The translations under genes and the position numbers were made by a program. 64,000 nt of DNA, from NCBI GenBank assembly GCA_013265495.1, contig PNXW01019480.1, positions 1-64,000 of the forward strand, in the 5' to 3' direction. This DNA comes from Vicugna vicugna (Eukaryota). Shown one piece after another: positions 13,853-26,456 of this stretch. Under the pieces are notes generated by a model, which ran no database searches, was not told the origin of the DNA, and saw nothing but the letters and a program-made list of their open reading frames with translations. Each line of letters opens with the position of its first letter. The stretch's first letter is position 1.

Positions 13853-16800
13853 CAAGGTAATTGGCATTACCTCTACATTAAGCACGAGGGACTCATAGAA
13901 GAGGGGTGAGGTGGCTTATTCAGGGTCCTGTTGAGTGGCTTCATGATGCATTACACCTGTGTCATGGGTAAAAGTCCCTTCTCTGGCTTACCAAGATCAC
14001 TGTCTGAAACATAAATGGGGCAAGAAAAAGAGGTCCATTATTTCCTCAGCACCATGCTAGGCATTTTCCACATCAGGAAGGAGGCATATTTTGATTCTGG
14101 CCACTTCACTGATCATGGGATCTTATGAAAGAGGTAGGAGCACCCAGGTGGCCAGAGCAGAACTTACCTTATTTTGTAGCTGTTATCAGTCTGCACACTC
14201 AGGTCATATATGTTATTTTGGATCCCACTAACTCACGCAGGATAGTTTGAGACCTAACACTAATCCTTGGGGATCTGTGAGGTTTGGTAATGCTGCCATT
14301 CTCAGAGTTGGCTGCCATGTGGCCAGTATTGCCAGCAGTTTTGGCTTCTTTATCTTACAGAAGGTATCTGATGTCCATTTGTCCCCTAGCCATCTGTGAG
14401 CCCAGCTCAGATTCTGCTGGGAAATCAATAGGACCTTTCTCGTGCCCTCAACTTCCCTCCAGGCTTTGAATAGTGTGCCATCCATGGAGGTAGATGTTCT
14501 TCTTGAATTATGTTAAATTTGGTCACAGTAACATTTTGCTCACCACCAGGATCTTGTGAAGCCATCTCCCATCCATCTTGCATCATCCTCTTGTAAAGTT
14601 AGAGCCTCCTCCAATGTATCTCCTTTCCTTAAACCCTTGGTGTTCCCTTCTTAAATGTGGAAAATATGTGCTTGTGGCTCATTTACTCTTTAGGACCAGA
14701 GTTCTTTTGGGTTTGGCATGCATTGAAGAACACGGATGCGGATGGAGCATTCTGTCATTAGTACCTCTCAGGAGCTAAGCCTTTCGATGTTCAAAAAACA
14801 TACTAATACATTTTATTTCACTTATTCATTTATGCCTTACAAAATTGGCAAAAGAAGCTAAAGCAGTTGGAAAGCTAAATAATATATGTTGTCTGAGCAT
14901 CAGTTAAAGCAGGGTGCAGAAAGGAATACAATGGTAGAAACCAAACACTAACCTTTAAACCAGGAACTGCCAGCTAAACGGGCAGAAGCCATTTCTTACT
15001 CACTTGCCTTGTAACATTGTGTTCTTCTTCTGTAAATTTATTGGTGTGGCAAAAGGTCACTGATAGACTGTGGTAGAGCTAGTAAAAGCAGTCTCAGGAG
15101 GAGATAATTTATCTACGTCTCTGTTAGAGACTAGAGGAAGCCTTTTACTCACTGCCTCAAATGTGAAAGAAGAGATGTAATCAGATACTTATTGGATACA
15201 TATCATATCAAATGAGAGATACAGTGACGTGACTGTATACAGCAGCCTGACTGTGGACAAATATTTTTGTGTCCTCTCGTACTAAAACTGAGGGCAGGTC
15301 TTCACACTTTCTGCTTGGACTTTTGAAGAAGTTCAGCAATGAAAGAGAGAAATATCTTCATTAAAGGGCTAAGAACTGTCTGCAAATTACACGTGTATGT
15401 AAATTCTGATTGCTTAGTATTAATCTGAGTGGAAAATAACAGACTATGCTGAAACCAACCCCTTTTGATTGATGTCTGATTCTTAGAGCCTGAAACTTTC
15501 ATCCATTGACTTGTAAAAGAAACTATACAATTTTTTTTAAGGATAAGTGAAGGAAAAGAGAACCCCTCTAGAACTTAGACAAACTTCCAATAAAATAATC
15601 TAGCATTGTTGAGTGTAGGATAGAAGTCAAGGGGGAGGGAAGTCAATAGTCAACATTCTACAGGCTGTAGTGTAAAATTGTAAACTGTGCCCTCTTGTAT
15701 GTAAGCAAAGCTTTTTCCCCCTTGTTTTCTCAATACAAGGCATGTTCATATAGTGGGTTCTTCTTTTTTTCTCTTCCCTTTCCCCTGTTGATTTTGGTGA
15801 TCATTTGAACATTAACTAACAATACACAGGGTGTTTTGAAAAAGCCTCTCCCAAAATCTAAGGCAAGCCCACTTTCCTCACTAGGTGGAAATAGTCGTAT
15901 TTCTGGTGAGAAACCTGGGATCAGATTTTCCTCCCCTTGCCCCATGGCCAACCATGAGTAGATATTGTAACTGAAAACTAGGACAAAAAAAATCATATAT
16001 ATATATATATGTATATATGTGTGTAAAATTAAATGTTTTAAGTTAAAAAAACTAGGAAAAATCAAAATATGTCAATACCCTCAGCAAAAAATATAGAAAG
16101 AACCATATTGAACATAAAAACGGGTACTGGATCAATGTGAACATGTTCAAGTGCTCAGGTTTTGGCAGAACTTCTGTGGTTGTGGAATAGTTTCTTTTTA
16201 AAAGGTTATGAAATGGTAACTAATAATTTTCTTGCTGCTAAACAGTCGATGTTAACTACAATGTGTGAGAGGAATAGTTGTACTGACAAATGTTTAGACG
16301 TAAACTTTAAAAACAGTGGGTTCTTGCATTGTAGCAAATCAGAAATCATGATATTGTAAAAAAGAGGGTCTATTTTGAGACAGGATTTGTCCATTAAAGA
16401 TAGGAATGGTAATGATCGTGGATATTCATTGTGCTGGCAAGTTGTCTGAGGGACCAGAGAAAGATGTTCAGTGAGCAATGCAAGCTCAAACTTTTATCCA
16501 GCCCAAATTTTCCACTTTCTTTTCTTCATGGGTCTCTGCTGAAGGACAGAATAAATTGGCCCCTTTCCTAAATCTCCTTAAGATAGGAAGAACCTTGGGA
16601 GAGAACTTACCAAGAGCCAATAGGTAGGACACATATTGAGAAAGCCTGAAGTAGGAAGTTCATGATGTATTTACAGCATGCAGCCAGACTTGGGGAGATT
16701 TTACACTGATCTTGCTTGCCAGGAATTTGAAATGCTCTTAGGATAGTTAAACTGGTCTGAATTAGAGGCAACAGGGGACCTTTGAAGGGCCACTGTTTTG

Positions 16801-18563
16801 TATGCCCTGGGCAAATGAGTACTGTGTTATAAATGGCCTTAATTTGTAGTATTGGAGGAGACAACCAGACATTAAGAACTATAAAGGAAGGTAATCATGA
16901 CGTTTGAAAGAAATGTTACCATGAGTTTATATATTTTCCTGAAGTGCCAGGGTCTGGTGTCTCCAACCACCTAGACGATCTGCTTCTCACTGAAATGAAA
17001 ATTACTGGTTTCTAAATCCACCCCCCAAAGATATATGTCCTGGTCTCTGAATGTTGTTTTTTATATAGTTCAGAGCTCCTGGTAGAGAAATTTTTCTATA
17101 ACTGGCAAATGAGAAAGACATTTAGCAGCCAGTTTTTGATGGGAAATTATCCAAATTGGATGGAAAAAGAGTTCTGTCTTACCTTGTGGCTTTGGCCTAT
17201 TAGTGGATGAGATCCACAGTAATCTTACTGGCAAATTACTAAAATTGCAAAACAATGAGATGGATGCAGCCTCAAAGAAATTTTTTGAAAAAGTGGCTGC
17301 CAGGGCACAACTTTCAGCAAACACTGTATTTCATACAAAGTTCAGAGCACAGAGGCAAGAGAAGGAACTCTAAAATAAAGATGACACTCTTGCCACTGAC
17401 ATCCTAATTATTAAAAAACTGGATCCAAGACAGTAGGAGACATCCCTGTGGGTGAGGTGAGCTGACCTACTGACAAAGTAAAAATCCTGTTTTCCCTTGT
17501 GGGTGCCCTGAAGATAAATGAGTCACAGAACCACCCTAACAATGTTCTAAGTGGCTATCTGACAGGTTAGCCAGCCTGGAGGTAGGTGCATGGGGACACA
17601 AACAAAGGGACCATGGAGAAGGGTCCTGAGCATGAGCCCAGGGTGTCCTGGCAGTTGTGTTCACCCTTGTTCAATCCTCCCGTGAGTGTGAGGAATTGGC
17701 TCTGCCCACCCCTGGGCAGTGTTTACATCGGGCCACTACCCACTTACCAAGGCAGAAAGTTCTTGCAGCTGTGGAGAGTGATGGCAGGTTATCACGCTGC
17801 ACTCCCAGCAACAGAAGTAGCCACCTCAGGGTCCACAGTTGGCGTTTTCCTCAAAGCGCTCTTCAGAGACAAGTCCAGGATCTCTGACCCCAAGAGTGGA
17901 TCATGATCTGATTGGAAAAATGACCTTCCACCGTTCCTACTAACCCCAAACACTGGAGAGTGGAATGGTCTCCCCATTTGCAAGCTCCAGACCCTCACTA
18001 ACTCTTACTTGTGGGTAAATGACTTAGAATTGCAAGCATTTAGCTTCTCAATAGTCATGCCCCTTATTGTGTCGCTTCCCACATCATGACTCTCTTGGTG
18101 AATAGAACAAAGAGGTGTGTTTAGATGATGGAGTGCAGGTAACAGTCTAGCCAATGTATGGTCTGCACCCCGAGGTATGTTCGTAATTTTGCCATGCTCA
18201 ACATTTGGGGGCCCAATAGGTGGCCTGAGCTTTTCTTTTTCAAATCATAAGTTGGGAAGCAGCAGAACTCCTTTATGGACTGGACTTAAACACAGAAAAC
18301 GAACTTCATTGGGAAGAACCCTCAAAGAAATGTTTTCTCAAAATTAAAATTTTTTTCCTCTAGTACAAACCTGTGCATTGGGTGTAAATCCCTCATTTAA
18401 AAGAGTGAGTGCGGCAGTTTTTCCAAGCCCAAGCAATAAAATGTCTCCAGTTACTCAAGAAATTAAAAAAAAAAAAAAAAAAGCTAACTGAGAAGTATTA
18501 CAGACAAAATAAAAAATATTCAAAAGCATTTCAAATACCAATTAAGAGTTTCGAATGGAATAT

Positions 18564-18569
18564 TTTATT
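18564..18569 (-). terminator. Candidate proximal polyadenylation signal of GSPT2
   Basis: AATAAA on the minus strand ~400 nt after the stop, followed by U-rich downstream sequence. Confidence 0.6.
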
Positions 18570-18969
18570 CACATGTTAGTTGTCTTTTTAACATGTACAC
18601 ACACACTGACACATTCTGATTGGTCTGCGTGGAACAAGGGTTGTCTAGATAGCCTAATGGAAAATGAAAAATTAAAAATATATTAATTTTTCATTGTTAT
18701 AGACAAGTACATCCACATCACTTACAAAGCTATTACTGATTCAGTCCAAGGAAGCAGAGTGTCAGAGGAGGAGGAAACTCTTGGGTAAAGTCAACAGTGA
18801 CATAACTGAGATCTCAACATGAGAAAGCTGACAAAACATGGATGTTTGCTGGGAAATTTTTCATTGCAAAAGATGGAGAAAAGTCTGTCAAGGGGCAGTA
18901 AATAACAGAAGGTGGTGAACGTTGGTAGTCAATTCTCACAGTATTGTGCAGGGGCATCAAGAAAACTGC

Positions 18970-20743
18970 TTAGTCCTTCTCTGGGACCAGTTTCAGAACT
19001 TTTCCAATCGCAATGGTCTTACCCTCATCTCTTAAAGTAAAACGACCCATCTGAGGGAAATCTTTGAATGTCTCAAGGCAGATAGTTCCTGCTGTCCTTA
19101 ACCGGGCAATGCACACTTGATCTTGTTTCACAAAACGGGGCCGGGTCTTACTCTTTTCTCCTGACTTTTTGTCTACCAAGGAGATTAAGGCAGTTATCTC
19201 AACTTCCTCAATGCAAGTATGAATGTGCAGCACCGCATTATAACCTGGGCAGATGATGGACTTGTGCTCAATAATCACAATCTGAACATCAAAAGTGCGT
19301 CCAGAATGGCAAAGATTATTAGGATCACAGAGAATGAATCCTGGAAGAATCTCTTCTTCTTCAATTCCCTTCAGTCTGATTTTCAGGTTTTCACCTGGGG
19401 CTACATAATCAGTCTCAGCATCATCAGAAAGTATTCCCAGAACTTCCACATTGTGCTTGTTTGGCATCATCACAAGCTGCTGGCCTTTAAAAATGGATCC
19501 TGATTCCAGCTTGCCCAGGACCACAGTGCCCATATCCTTGTACTTATCCACAATTGGCAGTCTAATGGGTCCATCAACTGATCTGTTGAAGTTTGGCATA
19601 TTATCCAGATATGGAATGAATGGTAATCCAGTGTACCAAGGGCAGAAATCAGATTGCTCTTTAATATTTGCCCCGGTCAGCCCTGAGCAGGGCATAAAGT
19701 GAATGTCCTTTTTGGGACTGAAGCCGACTTTTTTCAGAAAGGGCACTAGCTTTTCTTTACATTCTTCGTATCTCTCGCTGCTCCAATTGACTGTGGGGTC
19801 GTCCATCTTATTAATAAGCACTATTAAATATTTCACCCCTGCTGTTTTGGCCAACATTGCATGTTCTCTCGTCTGTCCACCTTTTTCAAATCCAGTTTCA
19901 AACTCTCCTTTCCTGGCAGAGATTACCAGCACAGCCAGATCAGCTTGAGAAGCACCACCAATCATATTTGGGACAAAACTCTTATGGCCAGGGGCATCTA
20001 GAATTGTGAAGTGTTTCTTTTCTGTTTCAAAATAGGCACGACCCACTTCGACTGTCTTACCCTTGTCTCGTTCTTCCTGATTTGTATCTAAGGCCCAGGA
20101 CAAATACCAAGTTTCTCGGTTTTTCTCTTTCGCTTCTCTCTCGTATTTCTCAAGTGTCCTTTTGTCAACCATTCCTGTCAAAAACATTATCTGTCCTCCA
20201 ATGGTTGACTTGCCAGCATCTACATGCCCAATGAATACCACATTGACGTGTTCTTTTTTCGGAGCACCCGAGGGCACGACCACAGATTTCGATTTTCTGA
20301 TTTCCTCTTTCTCCATCATCTCCGGGCCACTTTCTTCTGGGGGGCCCGAATCTCCCAAGGAACCACCCCCCGGCTCAGCTTCACTGATTTCTTTATCGTG
20401 CTCCCATGACTCTTCTAAGACCATCTGCACCTCTCCATTTTCTACAACAGGTTCCGAAAGTTCCATGGTAACGGCTGAATTGGAACCTTCACGCCACACT
20501 AACTGTTCCTCTTTGGAATGTTCCACAGGTGCCCCCCGTCCCAGCCTTTTACCTGGAGGGTCGCCCGCGCCGGTGCAGGTTTCATCCATGCTGGTGATGT
20601 CCGCCGGGGGGGTCTGCGGCTGGACCGGGCCCCGCAGGAAGGACGGCACGAACTCGGCGGCGTGGATGTTAGGCACGAAGGGTTTGGCGTTGACGTTGAG
20701 CTGCCGGCTGAAGGCCGAGCTGAGGGGCTCGACCTGGGCCTCG

Positions 20744-20777
<34 letters not shown>

Positions 20778-20883
20778 AGGAGGAGGCTCCGTCCCCGCTT
20801 GGGGCCAGAGCCGGGGCTTCCATGTCCACCTGGTCCCAGCAGTCGGGAGCCGAGTCGCTGCTGCTGCCGCTGCCCGGATCCAT
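18970..20883 (-). CDS. GSPT2: Eukaryotic peptide chain release factor GTP-binding subunit eRF3b, intronless retrogene, 637 aa
   Basis: Intact single-exon ORF starting MDPGSGSSSDSAPDCWDQVDME with strong Kozak (accATGg). Overlapping PAM2 motifs (LNVNAKPFVP/NIHAAEFVP), G-domain motifs GHVDAGKS, DAPGH and NKMD, C-terminus KVLKLVPEKD. Lack of introns and N-terminal residues fit GSPT2 rather than GSPT1. Confidence 0.97.
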
Positions 20884-21340
20884 GGTCCTCAGCCCCGATG
20901 GGTGCGGGGAAGGAGCGGGCTCCGCGGGCCGGAGAGAGCGGGCAGGGCCGCCGGGGGAGGGGGGCGCGGGGGGGCGGGGGAGGCAGCGGGAGGGGAGGGC
21001 TCGGTGGGGAGCGACAGGGACCTCAGCGGCGGCCGGAGGCAGCCCGGTCCCGACACTGCATTCGCAACTGCGGCGGCGGCAGCAGATATGGCGGCTCAGC
21101 CTCTCCTGTTGTGTGTGAGCGGATCTCCTCCCCCAAACCCCAACCACTTCCGACTCCTCCGCCGCGGACCCAGCGCCGGGCGGGGATTGACCCCTCGCTG
21201 CCATCCGTATGCTCGGCCTCCTGCCTTCTCGGTCCTGGCTCCAGTCCCAAAGGCTCTTTTATTTTTTCCCCCTTTCAACGACTATGTCCATTCATTTTTG
21301 TTCACGCGCTCCGGGAGAGCCATGGGACCACGATGCAATG
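20540..21340. promoter_or_regulatory. CpG island / GSPT2 promoter and 5' end
   Basis: Very high GC and CpG density with G-runs overlapping the start of GSPT2. Confidence 0.9.
20743..20775 (-). repeat. (GCG)10GCC coding repeat giving an 11-residue polyalanine tract in GSPT2
   Basis: Direct codon count. Confidence 0.95.
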
Positions 21341-23069
21341 GTTAAACCTGAACAGGCACACACACCTGATTGCCAATTCGACTCAGAGATTCCAGTGAAA
21401 ATCCCTGTTGAACCCATGGAGGTGGGCTCTAGGTGAACTTTTTTACCCAGCAACCCAGCAACCAGAGGAAGGGATTCGTAATCAGGGAGGCACTCTTGAA
21501 ATCCACGAAGATGTAGATGAACCTCGGAAATGCAACTTTAGATCAGTCATTAAACCCATTAAAACCCAGAGGCCTTGGGATTTTCCCTGCCGTAAACCTG
21601 TAACTTTCCTGATGGCTTCTACGGTGTAAGGATCGGATTATAACTCCTTTTCACGTTGAGCACTCTGGCTGTCTGCATAGAAGGAATTTCCAAGGAGAAC
21701 CTTGTCCCAGGGAAGCTGCGTGACCTTACAGCGTTTGTGCAGATGCCTGGACAATGGCTAGCCTGTGGATGGCAGACACAGGCCCAAGACTCAGATCTCT
21801 TGTATTCTTCCAACCAAGTATATTCTGGTGTACCTGTCCCACTCACCAGCACCTCCCCAGAGTACACCCTAGGTCCACAGGCTTACCTCTCTCATTCTGG
21901 GGGCCTGGAACCTTACACGCTGCTTGTACTCGGTTTGCTCTAAGAATCGACATCCTGTTGGAACTTTCCTCAGTTAGCCATAATGACAGGGGTTGTGAGT
22001 ATCAGCCTAATTAAACCGATTAAGACCCCTGAGATGGACAAGGTCCTTAAGACCCTAAGTAATAGAATCTCATTCTTAGAAAGTATTTGTAATATTTGAG
22101 CCAAAACCTAGAAGAGCTAGTTTGTAAATTATCTTAATTTAGATCAAACCGAAATAAGAAAAAAAAAAAGATCCTGGGAAAACACAATTTGCTCCTACAA
22201 GATGAAGTCAGAGAGTTGGATATTAAATCCAACAACAAACCAAAATATAAAAATTAGTAACTGATTTATAACTTAAGAATTTTGTTTTCCAGACTCTATG
22301 TGGTGGAAAAAAGTGTTCTATGTCTAACATACTTAGATCCTTGGTGGTTTCAGTCTGAGGCTGCCACTATTTTACTAGCTCTGTGCTGTTTCCAAGCCAT
22401 GAGCTGTCAAACCCATTCATTCTTTTTGCCTCGGGAAATGGCATAATTATTTGCTGTCACATAAAGAGAATGTGCACACCTTTTCACAGTGAATAAGAAG
22501 AACTGAGGGTAAATGTGCAGAGACCCTTGATCATACTCCACAAATGTGCTGGAGCCTTTCTTGGGCATTCTGTGAACCTCAGATAGACTTACTAAAATGT
22601 CTCTGGGAAAACTTTCTGTCAAAGTTTAGGCAGCTGTGTTCACATCAAGTTAGTAATAACAAGGAAGCAGGAAAGACCAGGGATGTTTCCTGGGTCATTT
22701 GCATTGACCATGAGAATATTAGTATGACTGCTAGTTAGTAATATCTCTGTTAGAGAACAGAGGATGCCTCACTTTTAGAACCTTGAAGAGAAATAAGAAA
22801 TGATGAGTGATGTCTTCATAAGACATCATCCTTGGGGCTTAGGGGGAGGCAGATACACCCAAGAGAGAGAAACACTGACCAGGCTAAATACACAGAGACA
22901 CACCTTGGACAATATTCTTTTGGTTTCTGTGATGGGGTGATTGTCTCCAATTTATCTGCCTAAAACTTTGAAAGAATTCATCAGTAAATGAGAGAATTCT
23001 CCCCATTAAAGGCTTTTAAAAAAGAAAGTGTAGGCAATATCTGGCCACGGCTTTTTAAAATCATTTTCC

Positions 23070-24300
23070 CCTTAAAATTTTAAATTGCAAAATATAACAC
23101 AAACACAGAAAACTGCGTGAAGCAAAATTATAGCTTATTGACTTAGAAGGAAAACCCACTTGTAACCACCACCCAAATCAATAATTAGAAATTAGCTAGC
23201 CAATTCAGAAGGACTCTCTGTACCCTGTCCAATCACAACCTGCTCCCTCCACCCTTAAATGTAACCACTAACCTGACATTTATGGTAATCACCTTCATGA
23301 TTTTCTGTACAGTTTTATCACACAAAGGTATATTCAAACACTACAGTTCAATTTTTATCTAGATTTTTAAGTACTTCTTTTAGGTCTCTCTTAATCTACA
23401 AGTTTTCAACCTATCCTTCATTTTTTAATGTCATTTATTTATTGAAGAAGGTGGATGATGTGACTTGTAGAGTTTTCTACATTCTTGACTTTACTGATTG
23501 TGTCCCTATGGTATAGTTTAGAACATTCTTTTTTTTCCTCTGTATTTCCTGTATATCAATAATTGGATCTATGATCTTGACCAGATGTAGGTGCAATTTT
23601 TTAGCAAGAATACTTCAAGGGAGATTTTGAGTATTTCCATAAAGAGGCACATAATGTCAGGTTGTGACTCCTTTTACAATTAACAGAAGTTAATGATCAT
23701 GTAGAAACATTACATCATTAGCAGTTGCCAAATTGTGAAATTGTATTTATCCTTCTTCCTTTCTTCATCAATTGGAATACTCTCTTGAAACAGTTTCCTT
23801 TCATCAACAATTTTGTTACTTTGAGATACAAATTATAAAAGAAAGACAGGAAAGTGCTTCGTGATTCATTTTTATTGGAGTGTTTTCAGAATAATGATTG
23901 GTTGCCTATGATCCTTCACAGGTGACAAATAAGGATATTGCAAACGAATAATTATGGATTATTGAGTTTAGATATTTGATGTGTTTTAAACAATGTTTCT
24001 TACTATATTTATTGAAGTTAAGATGGTTCATTATTGGCCATTGGAAACCTCTTCAAGTTGGATTTAGAGTGATTTTGAGACTATACAAGTAGTCTTTGAT
24101 GGTTCATTTATTATCTGATAAGACAAAATGTACTAGATCAATTTTATACATTTATGCCAAACCAGGAACACTGGTTCTTATTGATAAAAGAGGATGATAA
24201 AATTTTAGAAAATATAATAATTACTCATTTGCTTTATCCCACCTACCCACATAGTAGTCTCAGTACTGTACCACCAGTGTGATTAGAAAACACAGATTTT
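23070..24300 (-). mobile_element. Old L1 (L1MC/ME-like) 3' fragments
   Basis: Motifs cttgtaaccaccacccaaatcaa and agaggcacataatgtcaggttg. Confidence 0.55.
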
Positions 24301-26277
24301 TTTTTCATTAGCTCACCATATTCTCTACCAGTATGTCATAGTTGAACTGCATTTATCTGATAAAAAACTCACTTTTGTTGAGTGTTTCCTAGGTGCAGGT
24401 CATGTTTCAATTACTTTCTGTGGGTTTTCTTATTTCTTCTTCCCCACCATTCTGTGAAGAAGGAAATCTTACCATTCTATTATCCAGACAAGAAATGGAT
24501 ATTTAGAGAAGCTGAGTGAGTTATCTAATGTCATGTAACTAGTTAAGTAGTGAACTTGGTGTTCCAACACAGACAGTATGATTCTAAGGTCATATTGGCT
24601 TGTAACATCTATTGTATGCTATGGAAGGAATTAGGAGATTTGGAAGATTTAAATTACAAATAGGAGAAGAGAGTAAAGCCTTAGATTATCTGGAGAGAAT
24701 AGAAATATAGAAGATTCTAAGAGAAAAAGGGCAATTCAGTGGAATTCATTTATAAATATGTATATTTTCTTCCTGAAGTAGGAGATAACCCTGTGGCGAC
24801 TGTGAGAGAGGATTGCAATAAGGAAAAAACAAATGAAATGTGAGAACATTTAAAAAGACTTTTAGGGTGTGGGAGAAGTGTCTGACTTGGGAGTGTAAAA
24901 TTATTTTCTTAAGAATTTCAATAAACAGAAGCAGTTTATCCAGCAAAACAGAAAACTCCCAGTTTTTGAGACTCCCCTCTTTCCCTGGGATACAAGTAGC
25001 ATCATTAGGCAGCTTACAGCACAAGCAGAGTTTTAAGTTTCATCCAGGTTTCAGGAATAGTAGTGCCAAGTGTACTGAAAAGAGAACAGGAAAATGTCAA
25101 GGGACTAGTGAACACAGGGTTAAGAAGACTGTGTTGGATTTTGCCTTACATTGATTGGTTCTCTCAGCATATCCTCTAGCTCCATTCATAAATATACCTC
25201 TCTAAACTGAAGAGGCTGGAAAGCTTAAGCCTCCATTTCCTAGAGTTTTTGCTAGCAGGGTTCCAGATGCATTTTACCTTCTGTCAATCTGATGCACCCT
25301 GATCAGATTTATTTTAGAGCCAATTTAAGTGTAGAGAGATGCGGAGTAAGACAGAAGTGATCTGGTGTTCTGAATGTAGCTGGGGAAGTATCTTCCTTGA
25401 GCTAACAATTCTGATGGAATTTCTTCCTTACAGAAAAGCAATTAAGGCACTCTATGCCTAAAGCCAGCAGTTGCACTGGAAGCAGCCTGATTTCCCCACT
25501 CAACTGTGGCAAAAGTGGCAGCTCACCTTGGGGGCCAATTCTGCTGAATGACTATGATAATCATTCTGAGAGGCCATGAATACACCTGTATCTCCAGGTC
25601 CGAGAAAGATAGTATTTATATGCCCCTAACTCCCCAAATCAACCCCTGTGCTCACTAACATAGAATGCTTTCTTTTAACAGCAACTAAACATTGATTAGT
25701 ACAAGTACCAAAAGGCTGGGGTTTGAATTCAAGGAATTTCTATTACCTTTGTTTAATATCCTTAATTACTCTGTGCCTCAGTTTCCTTATCTGATAAACA
25801 GAGATGAATCCACATTCACATATATACCCTGGAGTATGAAGGGACACAGTAACTGGAGTTGTAAGATACTTGAGTGGCTTCATCATTACTAAGACAACAC
25901 CAATATGGTAAAGTGAGGGACAACGATCTGAATCATGCATGAAACACCTAATTGCCAAGCCTTGGAGAATGCATAAAGAAAATAGCCTAATTTTGAGGTT
26001 AAATGGGGAAAAATGTATCTCCATCCTAAGGCAGTCCGAATGCTTGCAATACCCACGTCACACACTGGGAAATTACTCATCCAACGTTTCCAATCCTAGA
26101 TGAGGATGAAATTACAAAAACCAAACCATAAAGTATATCCCTGTTATTTTCAGACTAATTTATATACAATTATTATGGGGAGTATGAAGAACTCTGAAAA
26201 CAGGAATTATTAGTCGCTCGGCCTTCTTCATTTTCCACCAGTATGCACAACTGCTACAAAAAAATTTAGTGAAGCAC

Positions 26278-26434
26278 ACAAATAAAATGATAATTATGTG
26301 ACATGGTGGAGATGTTAGCTAAAGCTACAGTGGTAATCATATTGCAATATATAAAAGTATTTAAACACATTGTCCAATTTAAATAAACATACAACATAAT
26401 ATGTCGATTATATCTCAATTAAAAATGAAAAATA
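26278..26434 (+). mobile_element. Short L1 3'-end insertion with target-site duplication
   Basis: L1 3' UTR motifs (gtggtaatcatattgcaatatat...attatatctcaat) flanked by aaatttagtgaagcac (26262-26277) and aaatttggcgaagcac (26435-26450). Confidence 0.75.
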
Positions 26435-26456
26435 AAATTTGGCGAAGCACTGTCAG

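Noticed and set aside
19219..21398. Long plus-strand ORFs (e.g. 318, 275 and 199 aa)
   Set aside because: Antisense shadows of the GSPT2 CDS and the stop-poor CpG island; low complexity with no recognisable domain.
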